Part shown: one piece after another, positions 49,345-58,822 of the stretch | How positions within the stretch are numbered: the first letter of the stretch is position 1 | Layout: the number at the start of each line of letters is the position of its first letter | Source of the DNA: an uncultured delta proteobacterium | Lineage (GTDB): Bacteria; Desulfobacterota; GWC2-55-46 | Length of the DNA stretch: 64,000 nucleotides | Direction of reading: 5' to 3' | Assembly (NCBI GenBank): GCA_963727865.1 | Contig: CAVSHY010000011.1 | Coordinates: 4,161 to 68,160 of the forward strand | The notes under the pieces: generated by a model | The model's database searches: none | Told to the model about the DNA's origin: nothing | Seen by the model: the letters and a program-made list of their open reading frames with translations, nothing else | Program-made: the position numbers and the translations under genes

Positions 49345-50277
49345 CTACAGGCGCCTGCCGTCAAGGTCCAGGAGCCTCTGCCATTCGAGGTCAACACGGG
49401 CCTGGAACTTCTCCAGCAGGTGCTGATTCTCCGGCTTAAAAAGATGTTTGAACCTGCCCTGGGGTTTTAGCCAGTCGGCTAACGGCTTTTTCTCTTTGGG
49501 CTTATAGGTTATCTTCAGTATCCCGTTTTCAATCTCATAAAGCGGCCAGTAGCACGTATCGACGGAAAGCTTCGCCCACTTTATCGAGTCCTCTGACTTG
49601 GTGTACCAGCCGAGCGGACACGGGGACATTACGTTAAGGAACGTCGGGCCGTTGATCTTAAGGGCCTTTTCCGCCTTCTTCGAAAGGTCGCCCCAGTTAC
49701 TGGGGGACGCCTGCGCGGCGTAGGGGACGTTATGGGCCGCCACAATCCGGGTGAGGTCCTTCCTCCACTCCTGTTTACCAAGGATGACTTCTCCGGCGGG
49801 GGATGTCGTCGTGTTGGAAAAGAACGGGGTGGCGCTTGAGCGCTGAATCCCGGTATTCATGTAGGCTCCGTTGTCGTAACATACATAAAGGAAATTATGG
49901 CCCCTCTCGAGCGCGCCGGAAAGGGCCTGAAGCCCTATATCGTAAGTTCCTCCATCGCCGCCGAAGGCGATGAATTTTATGTCTTTGTCCGCTGGTATCC
50001 TGCCCCTCTTTTTAAGCGCCCTGTATGCGGTCTCAACGCCGCTTATCGTAGCCGCGGCGTTTTCGAAGGCCGAGTGTATCCAGGGGATCCTCCATGACGT
50101 GTACGGGTATATCGATGTGCCAACCTCAAGGCACCCGGTGGATGTGGTGGCAACCACGGGGCCGTTGGCGGCCCTTAATACAAGCCTCACGATCGGCGGT
50201 ATGCCGCACCCGGCGCATAATCTGTGGCCGCCTGACAAAAGCTCGTTCTGCTTAGAAAGTTCTTTTAGCGTTGCCAT
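49345..50277 (-). CDS. porB: Pyruvate/2-oxoacid:ferredoxin oxidoreductase beta subunit
   Basis: GHRLCAGCG, TGCLEV, GGDGGTYDIG, YMNTGIQRS, SPCP. Confidence 0.93.
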   Translation of the reverse strand: MATLKELSKQNELLSGGHRLCAGCGIPPIVRLVLRAANGPVVATTSTGCLEVGTSIYPYTSWRIPWIHSAFENAAATISGVETAYRALKKRGRIPADKDIKFIAFGGDGGTYDIGLQALSGALERGHNFLYVCYDNGAYMNTGIQRSSATPFFSNTTTSPAGEVILGKQEWRKDLTRIVAAHNVPYAAQASPSNWGDLSKKAEKALKINGPTFLNVMSPCPLGWYTKSEDSIKWAKLSVDTCYWPLYEIENGILKITYKPKEKKPLADWLKPQGRFKHLFKPENQHLLEKFQARVDLEWQRLLDLDGRRL

Positions 50278-50324
50278 ATGTTTTTAACCTCTTAAAACCC
50301 GCGCATGGGTTTTTATTTTATTCC

Positions 50325-51515
50325 CTATAAAGTTATGTACTTCTGCAGGGTCTCAACCTTGCCTGTCGCGGTAATCTTAAAGAGTTCCTCGAAGACCGCG
50401 GCAGCGTCCTTTACCTTATAATCCCTTCCGCCGAGGCCGTAGATCCTGCTTACGACCTTCGGGCGGTCGGGAAGGTCATAGAGGGCGGAACGCACTTCAT
50501 TAAAGAGCGGGCCGCCGAAAGCGTTCATCGAATCCACGCGGTCGAGTATCGCTACCGCCTTTACATTCTTAAGGGCATCGGCTATCTCTTTAAACGGGAA
50601 GGGCCTGAATATCCTCGGCCGAAGTATCCCTGCCTTCTTCCCCTGTTTTCTGAGCTCATCAACGGCGACCTTGGTGGTCCCGGCCGCTGAATTCAGAATA
50701 ACTATCGCCACCTCTGCGTCATCGAGCCTGTAGGTTTCCATGAGGCCGTAGGTTCTGCCGAATTTCCTGCCGAATTCGTTGCCGACCTCTATCGCCACGT
50801 CCTTCGCGCGGGCGATAGCCTGCGACTGCTGGTGCTTGAACTCGATGTATGTATCCTGGAGCGTCATCGCGCCGTAAGTTATCGGGTTATCCGTATCCAG
50901 AAGATGATGCTTGGGCCTGTATTCCCCTACGAACTGCCTGACCTCGGCGTCATCGAGAAGCGAGATGTTTTCGATGGCGTGGCTTGTTATGAAGCCGTCC
51001 ATGCAGACCATGATCGGAAGGAGCACCTTTTCGTTCTCGGCGATCCTCACGGCCTGTATAAGATTATCGTACGCTTCCTGTACCGTCTCGGAATAAAGCT
51101 GGACCCAGCCGGAGTCCCTCGCGCCCATCGAATCGGAATGGTCGCAGTGTATATTTATGGGGGCGGAAAGGGCCCTGTTTACGTTAGTAAGCACAATCGG
51201 GAACCTCATGCCTGAAGCTATGTAAAGCATCTCCCACATGAGGGCGAGGCCCTGCGAGGAAGTCGCCGTCATTACCCTGGCGCCGGCCGCGGCCGCTCCT
51301 ATGCAGGCGCTCATCGCGGAATGTTCGCTCTCAACGGTTATAAGCTCCGTATCGACCGCGCCGTCAGCGACATAACTTGAAAAATCCTCTATTATAGCCG
51401 TAGACGGGGTTATGGGATAGGCCGGGCATACGTCCGGGTTTATCTGCTTCATGGCGTAAGCTATGGCCGTATTCCCCGTAAGCCCCGTCTGACCTTTTGT
51501 CATTGTAATCGCCAT
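50325..51515 (-). CDS. porA: Pyruvate/2-oxoacid:ferredoxin oxidoreductase alpha subunit
   Basis: AYPITPST, ESEHSAMS, ATSSQGL, RPFP, YGLGGRD. Confidence 0.93.
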   Translation of the reverse strand: MAITMTKGQTGLTGNTAIAYAMKQINPDVCPAYPITPSTAIIEDFSSYVADGAVDTELITVESEHSAMSACIGAAAAGARVMTATSSQGLALMWEMLYIASGMRFPIVLTNVNRALSAPINIHCDHSDSMGARDSGWVQLYSETVQEAYDNLIQAVRIAENEKVLLPIMVCMDGFITSHAIENISLLDDAEVRQFVGEYRPKHHLLDTDNPITYGAMTLQDTYIEFKHQQSQAIARAKDVAIEVGNEFGRKFGRTYGLMETYRLDDAEVAIVILNSAAGTTKVAVDELRKQGKKAGILRPRIFRPFPFKEIADALKNVKAVAILDRVDSMNAFGGPLFNEVRSALYDLPDRPKVVSRIYGLGGRDYKVKDAAAVFEELFKITATGKVETLQKYITL

Positions 51516-51796
51516 TAGTCCGCCTCCTCTTCCATTGTAATCGCTTTAACCTTGTCGGGGCACTCAACGGCGCAGATGCCGCAGCCCTTGCAGTGTTCCA
51601 TGTCGAACCCTATCATCTTGCCGTCCTGCGTTATTACCGCGGAATCCGGGCACATGACCCAGCAGATAAGGCAATTGGTGCATTTCCCGGCATCAAGCAC
51701 GGGCCTTAACTTCCTCCACCCGCCGGTTGAATAATCATGGGCTGTTCCGCCCTTCGTTATGACCCCCCCGAGAGGGAGCTCTTTTTTATTTTCCAT
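51515..51796 (-). CDS. porD: Pyruvate/2-oxoacid:ferredoxin oxidoreductase delta subunit
   Basis: TGGWRKLRP, CTNCLICWVMCPD, CKGCGICAVECP. Confidence 0.93.
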   Translation of the reverse strand: MENKKELPLGGVITKGGTAHDYSTGGWRKLRPVLDAGKCTNCLICWVMCPDSAVITQDGKMIGFDMEHCKGCGICAVECPDKVKAITMEEEAD

Positions 51797-51797
51797 A

Positions 51798-52376
51798 CTA
51801 TTCCCCTTTCACCTCCTGAAAACCCCTGTTCATGGCAGTGACATTGCCTTCTATTACCTTGGGGCTGAATTTCTTCGCGTAGTTCTCCTTGAAGTTGTCG
51901 ATAAGGGCTTCGATGGCGATAAAGCCGGTTGCCTTTACCAGTGCCCCGAGCATCGGCGTATTGGGCATCTGCCTTCCGATGGTCTCAAGGGATATCTTTG
52001 AGGCGTCGAGCGTATAGACTTTCGCCTTCTTCCCATCGATCCCCAGTAGAGTGCGCATCTCCTTCGGGGTCTTATGCGTATTTACTATAAAGATCGCGTC
52101 CTCGGGCGTTCCTTCGGTTACGCCCACTACGCCTATTAATGTCGGGTCCGCTATGAGCACATACTTCGGTTCGGTCACCTGGCAATGAAGCCTTATAGGC
52201 TCGTTCGAAATTCGGTTGTACGCCCGGACAGGCGCGCCCATCCTCTCGGGGCCGAATTCAGGAAAGGCCTGAACGTATTTGCCCGACATCAGGCAGGCTT
52301 CCGCGAGGACCTTGGCCGCCGTAACGACGCCCTGCTGGGCCCTTCCATGCCATCTGACTTCAATATAGCTTTCCAT
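51798..52376 (-). CDS. porC: Pyruvate/2-oxoacid:ferredoxin oxidoreductase gamma subunit
   Basis: EVRWHGRAQQGVVTAA, FPEFGPERMGAPV, PNTPMLGAL. Confidence 0.92.
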   Translation of the reverse strand: MESYIEVRWHGRAQQGVVTAAKVLAEACLMSGKYVQAFPEFGPERMGAPVRAYNRISNEPIRLHCQVTEPKYVLIADPTLIGVVGVTEGTPEDAIFIVNTHKTPKEMRTLLGIDGKKAKVYTLDASKISLETIGRQMPNTPMLGALVKATGFIAIEALIDNFKENYAKKFSPKVIEGNVTAMNRGFQEVKGE

Positions 52377-52450
52377 AACCCTTTTCCTTCTTTATATATT
52401 TTTTAATTCCTCGCGTGCTCGGTCATAAAACCGGCGCGATAGGCTTTAAC

Positions 52451-53050
52451 CTAAGAAACTTCTTTCCTTCCATCCATGGCTCTGCCCAGCGTGGCGCCGT
52501 CCATGTATTCCACGTAACTGCCTACCGGGATCCCTGAAGCGATGCGCGTAAGCCTAAGGTTGTAGGGCTTCAGCAGCTTCGTAAGGTAAACGGCGGTAGC
52601 CTCGCCCTCCGCGTCAAAGCCCGTGGCCAGTATAGCCTCTTTAACGCCTTTTGCCTCTACCCTCGTTATAAGTTCCCTGATCCTCAGGTCATCCGGCCCG
52701 ATGCCCTTAAGAGGCGCTAAATTCCCGTGGAGGATATGGTACCTCCCCCTGTATCCGCCCATGCCTTCGAGGGCCATCATGTCCTTATAATCCGAGACAA
52801 CGCATACGATTCCGCCGTCTCTGCCAGCGTCAGAGCAGATATAGCACGGGTCCGTGTCTGAAAAGGTCATGCAGACCGAGCACAGTTTTACCTTCTCTTC
52901 AAGATCAAGCAGGCATGCCGCAAGCTCATCCGCGTATCCCTTGTTCGAGTTAAGGACAAAGAGGGCAAGTCTCGAAGCTGACTTCTCGCCTATCCCCGGA
53001 AGCCTTGAGAACGCCTTTATCAGCCTGTCTATAGGCCCCGCGTAACGCAT
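52451..53050 (-). CDS. recR: Recombination mediator RecR
   Basis: LPGIGEKSA.RLA, C4 zinc finger, YHILHG, EGEATA, TRIASGIPVG. Confidence 0.95.
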   Translation of the reverse strand: MRYAGPIDRLIKAFSRLPGIGEKSASRLALFVLNSNKGYADELAACLLDLEEKVKLCSVCMTFSDTDPCYICSDAGRDGGIVCVVSDYKDMMALEGMGGYRGRYHILHGNLAPLKGIGPDDLRIRELITRVEAKGVKEAILATGFDAEGEATAVYLTKLLKPYNLRLTRIASGIPVGSYVEYMDGATLGRAMDGRKEVS

Positions 53051-53104
53051 AACCTGTAAAACCCGTATATCACAAAAATCATCCGCCTTTGAAAAGGCGT
53101 CCGG

Positions 53105-53437
53105 TTAAAAGAGTCCGCCAAGTCCGCCGGGGAGGTTTAACCCGAGCCCGGCCGTCAACTTCGCCATTTCCTCTGAGACCATCTGTTTTGACCGCCTGAT
53201 CCCTTCGTTTACGGCGGCCGTAATAAGGTCCTGTAACATATCGACATCCTTAGAGTCAATGACAGAGGGGTCTATCCTTATGGAGACGACCTCCTGATTC
53301 CCGTTAACCGTCGCTGTGACCATCCCCCCGCCTGAAGACGTCTCGCAGGTCTTTGAAGAAAGCTCTTTTTGCATCTCCGCCATCTTCTCCTGCATCTTCT
53401 GCGCCTGCCTCATTATGTTTCCCAGCTGTTTAGACAT
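53105..53437 (-). CDS. ybaB: YbaB/EbfC nucleoid-associated protein
   Basis: QAQKMQ, SGGGMV, DMLQDLITAAVN; lies between dnaX and recR. Confidence 0.94.
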   Translation of the reverse strand: MSKQLGNIMRQAQKMQEKMAEMQKELSSKTCETSSGGGMVTATVNGNQEVVSIRIDPSVIDSKDVDMLQDLITAAVNEGIRRSKQMVSEEMAKLTAGLGLNLPGGLGGLF

Positions 53438-55079
53438 TCGTCCTCCTGCGGTCCTCTACGACCCTGCCCCCCAATATTCGAAGGGCGTCTTTAATAAGGT
53501 CGCCGTCATCGCCTTTTTTTCCCTTTGGATCCGTTGTTGCCGCCTTCTTTATATCAATCTTTACGCGCCTTTTAAAAAACTCCGCGCCTGAACTCTCGAG
53601 AAAATCCTTTTTAAGCCTTAGAAGCGCCTCAGAATCCTTCCCGGCGGTAATATTAATAATGTCTCCATCCATCGATATTTCGACGGAAGCAAGCGCCATG
53701 GCAAGGACATCGCTTCTTTTACTAATATAATCCATAAAGCCTTCTGCCCCCGGCCTCCCTTCAGGAACGGCCGCCGCTGCGGGGTCTTCCGCCCTCTGCG
53801 ATTCTCTTGGCCCGGTCTCCGCCCTCTGCGCCGCCGTCGCGGGCTGTGAAACATCTTTGCCGGCCTTCTCGGCCATCCCCCGAACAGGCGTTGGTGCCGC
53901 CTTTAAACCCTTCTCGCCGTTCCCTTCATGCCCTTCAAGACGCCCTTTAAGCCCCTCAAGCCTTGCGATAAGCTCCGGGAGAGGGCTGAGTTCCTCAAAG
54001 TGCGAGGCCTTTAAAACCGCCATCTCAAAGGAATATCTGGGGAAAGCGCTCCTTGAGACCTCTTCGTAACCTCTGGATACGATGCTAAAGAGCATCTGAA
54101 GCCTTTCAACTCCGACGCCCTCCGCGGTCTTCTGCAATCGTTCGAGTTCACTGTCGGGAAGGTCCAGGAGTGCGGGTTCTTTCGTGATTTTTACGACCAT
54201 GAGATCTCTAATATGTTCAAGCAGGTCGCCGCAGGCTCTCTTTAAATCATACCCAAAATTATATATCTTTTCAACAATATTCAGACACTCTTTTCCGTCC
54301 TTCGCCACTATGGCTTCCGACAGTTCATAGATTACCGACCTGTCCATGAGACCGAGGGCTTCCGTGACATGGGAATCCGTCACATCCCCTCCGGCAAACG
54401 CCACTACCTGGTCAAGGAGGCTCTGCGCGTCCCTGAGGCTCCCGTCGGCTTCCCTTGAGATCGTGAAAAGGGCCTTCTCCTCAAACTTTATACCTTCCCC
54501 GGTCACTATCTTTTTAAGGTGATCCTGGATATCGCGGAAAGGGATCCGTTTGAAATCAAAGCGCTGGCACCTGGAAAGGATCGTGAGCGGGATTTTATGC
54601 GCCTCGGTCGTGGCGAATATGAAAACAGCGTGCGGCGGCGGCTCTTCGAGCGTTTTTAAAAGCGCGTTAAAGGCCGGGGTGGAGAGCATATGGACTTCAT
54701 CGATTATGTATATCCTGTACTTCCCCTGGCTCGGCACATACCTGACGCTTTCCGTAAGTTCCCTCACGTTCTCCACGCCGTTATTTGACGCCCCGTCTAT
54801 TTCAAGGACATCTATCGATGACCCGTTTGTTATGGATTTGCACGAGTCGCAGACATTGCATGGGGAAGGCGTGGGGCCTTTGGCGCAGTTAAGGCTCTTC
54901 GCGAGTATCCGCGCCGCGGTGGTCTTGCCGACGCCTCTGGGGCCTGAGAAAAGATACGCGTGGGCGACCCTGCCCGAAGATACGGCGTTTTTAAGGGTCC
55001 TTGTCACATGCGTCTGGCCGACTATCTCTTCAAAGAGACTCGGCCTCCATTTTCTGGCTATCACGAGGTAAGAGGACAT
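53430..55079 (-). CDS. dnaX: DNA polymerase III subunit gamma/tau
   Basis: ARKWRP, GPRGVGKTT, EIDGASN, IDEVHML, LLKTLEEPP, SRCQRF, GSLRDA. Confidence 0.96.
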   Translation of the reverse strand: MSSYLVIARKWRPSLFEEIVGQTHVTRTLKNAVSSGRVAHAYLFSGPRGVGKTTAARILAKSLNCAKGPTPSPCNVCDSCKSITNGSSIDVLEIDGASNNGVENVRELTESVRYVPSQGKYRIYIIDEVHMLSTPAFNALLKTLEEPPPHAVFIFATTEAHKIPLTILSRCQRFDFKRIPFRDIQDHLKKIVTGEGIKFEEKALFTISREADGSLRDAQSLLDQVVAFAGGDVTDSHVTEALGLMDRSVIYELSEAIVAKDGKECLNIVEKIYNFGYDLKRACGDLLEHIRDLMVVKITKEPALLDLPDSELERLQKTAEGVGVERLQMLFSIVSRGYEEVSRSAFPRYSFEMAVLKASHFEELSPLPELIARLEGLKGRLEGHEGNGEKGLKAAPTPVRGMAEKAGKDVSQPATAAQRAETGPRESQRAEDPAAAAVPEGRPGAEGFMDYISKRSDVLAMALASVEISMDGDIINITAGKDSEALLRLKKDFLESSGAEFFKRRVKIDIKKAATTDPKGKKGDDGDLIKDALRILGGRVVEDRRRTNV

Positions 55080-55122
55080 CTTCGGATGGTTCCTTTATAT
55101 CTTGCGGGCGCTATTGATAGCT

Positions 55123-55210
55123 AGGCGCCCTTGCGGCACATGGGTTCGATTGCTACCGTTGCTTCCTTCCGGACCTGGCGGGATTTACAACCTGCCATTG
55201 CGCAAGACCC
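55123..55210 (-). ncRNA. ffs: Signal recognition particle RNA (4.5S)
   Basis: Conserved CAGGTCCGGAAGGAAGCAAC helix-8 motif; canonical position upstream of dnaX; ends approximate. Confidence 0.93.
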
Positions 55211-55297
55211 AGCTATCAATAGCGCCCGCAAGGGTTTAAAAAGCGGCATAAACACCTTCGGACGGGTTCGAATCCCTTCCAGCGCTACTGCTGATAC

Positions 55298-55387
55298 TGG
55301 CGGAGAGAGAGGGATTCGAACCCTCGGTACATTTTATTGTACATACGATTTCCAGTCGTACCCCTTCGGCCGCTCGGGCATCTCTCC
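55298..55387 (-). tRNA. tRNA-Ser(GGA)
   Basis: GGAGAGA acceptor, anticodon arm TACGA-CTGGAAA-TCGTA, long variable arm, GGTTCGAATCC, encoded CCA. Confidence 0.96.
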
Positions 55388-55421
55388 AATTTAAGAAATT
55401 AAACTTTTACCCTTAATATCA

Positions 55422-55512
55422 TGGCGGAGAGAGAGGGATTTGAACCCCCGGTTCCGTAAAACGGAACAACTGATTTCGAGTCAGCCCCCTTCAGCCTCTC
55501 GGGCATCTCTCC
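55422..55512 (-). tRNA. tRNA-Ser(CGA)
   Basis: Anticodon arm GCTGA-CTCGAAA-TCAGT, long variable arm, GGTTCAAATCC, encoded CCA. Confidence 0.96.
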
Positions 55513-55689
55513 GATAGTTCCTGACCGTAGTGACCTTCGCGAGGTTTACGGCATATTAATTTATAGCCCGCACGCCTCCCGATGGGATTTATAACTTAAA
55601 CATATTTTATGTTTAATGTCAAAAGCTTTAACCTGTTTTTCCATAAGTCCCCAAGCCTTTCCCGAAAGCGGCCTTAAGGGCCGGAAATG

Positions 55690-55720
55690 TTAAAGGCCCC
55701 TCATAAAAAGGGGCCTTTAA
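55690..55720 (-). terminator. Terminator-like hairpin
   Basis: TTAAAGGCCCCT/AGGGGCCTTTAA downstream of the 55756 gene. Confidence 0.55.
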
Positions 55721-55755
55721 GGTAAGAAAAATACCGCTAAAATTAGCGGTGTCGC

Positions 55756-56355
55756 CTATTTCGCGACACCGGGTTTTTCCGCCCCCGGCGCCACAAGAGA
55801 TAAGCGTATCCTCTCGTTATTGTATGAGTTAAACTCGGGGAAGAACTTGAATACCCACCCCCTGGCAACGGTCTTATCGCCTTCCACAAGTTCAACGAGC
55901 ACGGCCGGGTTCTTCGGCTCGTTCGACCGCGACTCGATGTGATTTTCAACTATCGAGTAGTCCGGGACAAAAGCCTCGACCTTCAGCTTGAGCCCGCTCT
56001 TCTTGAGAGGCACTATTTCTCCGACCTTAAGCGTCAGGACATCGGTAGTCTTTGAGGAACTGTCCGAAACTTCCATTTTCACTTCTTTCCACTTTGCCTT
56101 GACGTCTTCCTGGAGCGCAATTTCCTTCTGAGTCTTTATGTTCGTGTGCGACACCTTGCCCATATCCGCGGCCGGCTGCTCGCCGATCGCGGGATGTCCC
56201 TGAGGCAGCGCGCCGTGTTCAGCCGGAGCGCCCATCGGAGCGGCCTCCTGTTTCGCGCTCTCCTGCTGAGCTTTCTTCCCGCATCCTGTGGCGGCAAAAA
56301 GTATTACGCCCGCTATTATCAGGAAATAGCCGATAAAACCCTTTTTAATATCCAT
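55756..56355 (-). CDS. Lipoprotein, DUF2155-like C-terminus
   Basis: Lipobox AATG-C, LPQGHP linker, SNEPKNPAV...GWVFKFFP. Confidence 0.7.
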   Translation of the reverse strand: MDIKKGFIGYFLIIAGVILFAATGCGKKAQQESAKQEAAPMGAPAEHGALPQGHPAIGEQPAADMGKVSHTNIKTQKEIALQEDVKAKWKEVKMEVSDSSSKTTDVLTLKVGEIVPLKKSGLKLKVEAFVPDYSIVENHIESRSNEPKNPAVLVELVEGDKTVARGWVFKFFPEFNSYNNERIRLSLVAPGAEKPGVAK

Positions 56356-56484
56356 AAATATCCCTCCGGATTGAATTCAGTTTTTTAATATATCACGACC
56401 GGGGATTTATTAAAAGCATCTTTTTATGAGGCTGCTTCAGCCTCACGAAAAGAGCATTTAATGCGTGGAAAGCATAAATTGTAG

Positions 56485-57942
56485 TTATCTTTTTAATGAG
56501 TCCAACCAGCTTTTCTCAAGCTCGTCGTATGAGAGGTAAACGGCGGAATAGATCGCCTTATCGAGGGTTAATCCGCCGGAGAGACCAACGAGTATCCTCT
56601 TTACCGAACGGATCCCGAACTCCCTTATAATATAGCCTGTAACTGAAAGGCTTATTACGTACGCCTTCTCGGAGTCGGCTCCGCTCAGACCCATAAAAGA
56701 CCCTTCAAGAGAACGCAATCTTATCCTGTTATTCTGCGACATCTCCTTAAGCCAGCCCGAGTACCCGGAGATGTCTCTACCCTCCTCGAACTGCGCTACC
56801 CCCTCATTCAACCATGTCGGGGCCCTTCCTCCCGAGAGCCTGTGCACAAGGGCATGGGTATATTCATGGAATATGGTATTTTCAAGGAGATCGGTTTTCT
56901 CCGTTATCCCTCCGGCCGGTATCTTTATCCGTCCGTCATAGATCGCCCCCGCCCATGAAGGGCTCCTTGTAATGTCCCTGAACTATTCTTTTTCATAAAG
57001 GAGCGCTTCTATTCTGTCGGCGGGGTAATAATCAAGGTCAGAGCCGACCTTTACGTAAGCTTCCTCCAAAAGAAGCGCGATGACCTGGGCGGTAACCGAG
57101 TTCTCTTCGCCCTCGAATTTGACGAGAAAATGGCCGCCCCCCGCTCTTCCCATGCCGGATTCCGCATCATATTCCGATTGGAGCTTTGCAAGAATCTCTT
57201 TCAAGGACGTATCCATGGGGTCGAGTTCAAGGGCCTTCCCGTAATAGAAGATCGCCTGAGCCGCATTAGGAGCGCTGTTCTCATTGCCAAGCCTGATATA
57301 AATGCTCTTAAGCTGTTTTTTTATTTCAGGCTCGGACGCATAAGGTTTAAGGGTCTCCAGGGCGCCGCTGATATCATTGAGCTTAACCTGCACATTGGCG
57401 AGGTTTTTAAAGTAATAGGGCTCTCTCGACAGTTCTATCGCCTCCACGAGAAAGTCCCTCGCCACGGTAAAATCTCCCTTATTATATTCATTGACCGCGG
57501 CGGCGTTTAAACTTTCGGCAAGCATGGATTTAAGTTGAGGTGAGCCGGGTGAATTCTTAAGGGCCTCTCTCAAGATGCCGATTCCTTTATTGAAATCACC
57601 GGCCCTTATGTAGCCGTAAGCTTCCTGCACCGGCCCTTGAGCATTCTCAACAGAAGCAGTGGTCGGTAAAGACATTCCCGTTACCGCTGATCCCGCGGTA
57701 TTACCTTCCACGTTTTTGCTGATCGAGCTTTTGGCGGTTGGGCCGCCGGCTGGCTTTTTTAAGGAATCCGCGTTAAAAAAATAATAGATAGAGGCGAGTA
57801 AGACGAAAAGAATGAGAACGAGAAAGTAGAATCCGGCCCGTCCTTGCTCCTGGCAGAGGATTTTTGGAAATACTCCACATTGACCGCGGCAATGGATTGT
57901 CCTGTGAGTATTTCCTGTATGAATGGGAAAGGCTCCCGGCAT
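56485..57942 (-). CDS. TPR plus peptidase MA-like metalloprotease with one in-frame TAG at 56983-56985
   Basis: The frame continues through the stop: LLYEKE*FRDITRSPSWAGAIYDGRIKIP...HEYTHALVH...PTWLNEGVAQ. Confidence 0.8.
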
Positions 57943-57987
57943 CAGGCGTCCCAGCGCGCGAAATAGCCGAAGGTATCAGATAGGGCG

Positions 57988-58701
57988 TTAAAGCTTTTTC
58001 CTCATCTTCACAGCGCCCAATACGAGATTTGTTATGATAGATATGAAATATATCTCGTCTTCCTTGAATTCCCTTTTAACGATAGTCTGCGCGTTAAGCA
58101 CCCCGAAGGGGTCTTCGCCTGAAAATATCGGATAGGAGTACATGGTCTTTATCTTGTACTGCTCTTCCTTTGTTTCGGGGAAATACCTGTAACGCGGGTC
58201 CTGTGAGATATCTCCGACGAGAATGGGCTTATGTTCCTTGACAGCCGAGCCTGTTATACCCTCCCCTATTTTAAGGCGGGCCTTGCCGACCGCCTCCTGC
58301 GCGAGCCCGTAAGTGGCCCTCAATACCAGGTACTCGCCGTCCCAGAGGTATATGGAGCAGATATCTACCCCAAGCCTTTTAGCCGTCTTTTCAGCCACCG
58401 CCTTAAGGACCTCATCAAGGTTATAGTCTGAAGATGCGAGCATGCTTATCTCTTCAAGGGTTATGATCTCTTTACGTTCCCTGTCGGCCCGCTGTGCCTC
58501 AAAAAAGAACCTCCCGCTGTCGTCGAAGGTTACGGGAAGGAGGCTCTCTCTTGAAAAATGGGGGTTTATGGCCCTGGTGGCGGATGGAGCGGTCCTGTAC
58601 TCCGAGAAACCGCAGGTGCAGGAGAGCTTTATCTTATAGTCGTCCACACGAACGGACTTCATCTTTTTTCCGCATTTTCTGCACCTGATTATCGATTCCA
58701 T
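57988..58701 (-). CDS. Zinc-ribbon plus GAF domain protein
   Basis: CRKC...CTC at the N-terminus; CSIYL...LRATYGL...GEGITG...DPRYRYFPETKEE...GVLNAQT GAF. Confidence 0.75.
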   Translation of the reverse strand: MESIIRCRKCGKKMKSVRVDDYKIKLSCTCGFSEYRTAPSATRAINPHFSRESLLPVTFDDSGRFFFEAQRADRERKEIITLEEISMLASSDYNLDEVLKAVAEKTAKRLGVDICSIYLWDGEYLVLRATYGLAQEAVGKARLKIGEGITGSAVKEHKPILVGDISQDPRYRYFPETKEEQYKIKTMYSYPIFSGEDPFGVLNAQTIVKREFKEDEIYFISIITNLVLGAVKMRKKL

Positions 58702-58756
58702 GAAATCTCCGGTTTTATTGACCTCTTAGAACTGAACGTAAACATTAAACCAGCTT

Positions 58757-58790
58757 GTGAACCTACCCGCGCCAAGAGCGCGGGCAGGTC
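58757..58790 (-). mobile_element. Orphan IS200/IS605-type right-end palindrome
   Basis: Hairpin CCCGCGC-TCTTG-GCGCGGG followed by TAGGTTCAC; same AGGTTCAC terminus as the IS200 right end at 15263. Confidence 0.45.
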
Positions 58791-58822
58791 TTGGCCGACT
58801 TTACAATTTCCCCCTGTCTGAA

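Noticed and set aside
53430-55079. Programmed -1 frameshift in dnaX
   Set aside because: I saw no A AAA AAG slippery site with a downstream hairpin at the gamma/tau boundary.
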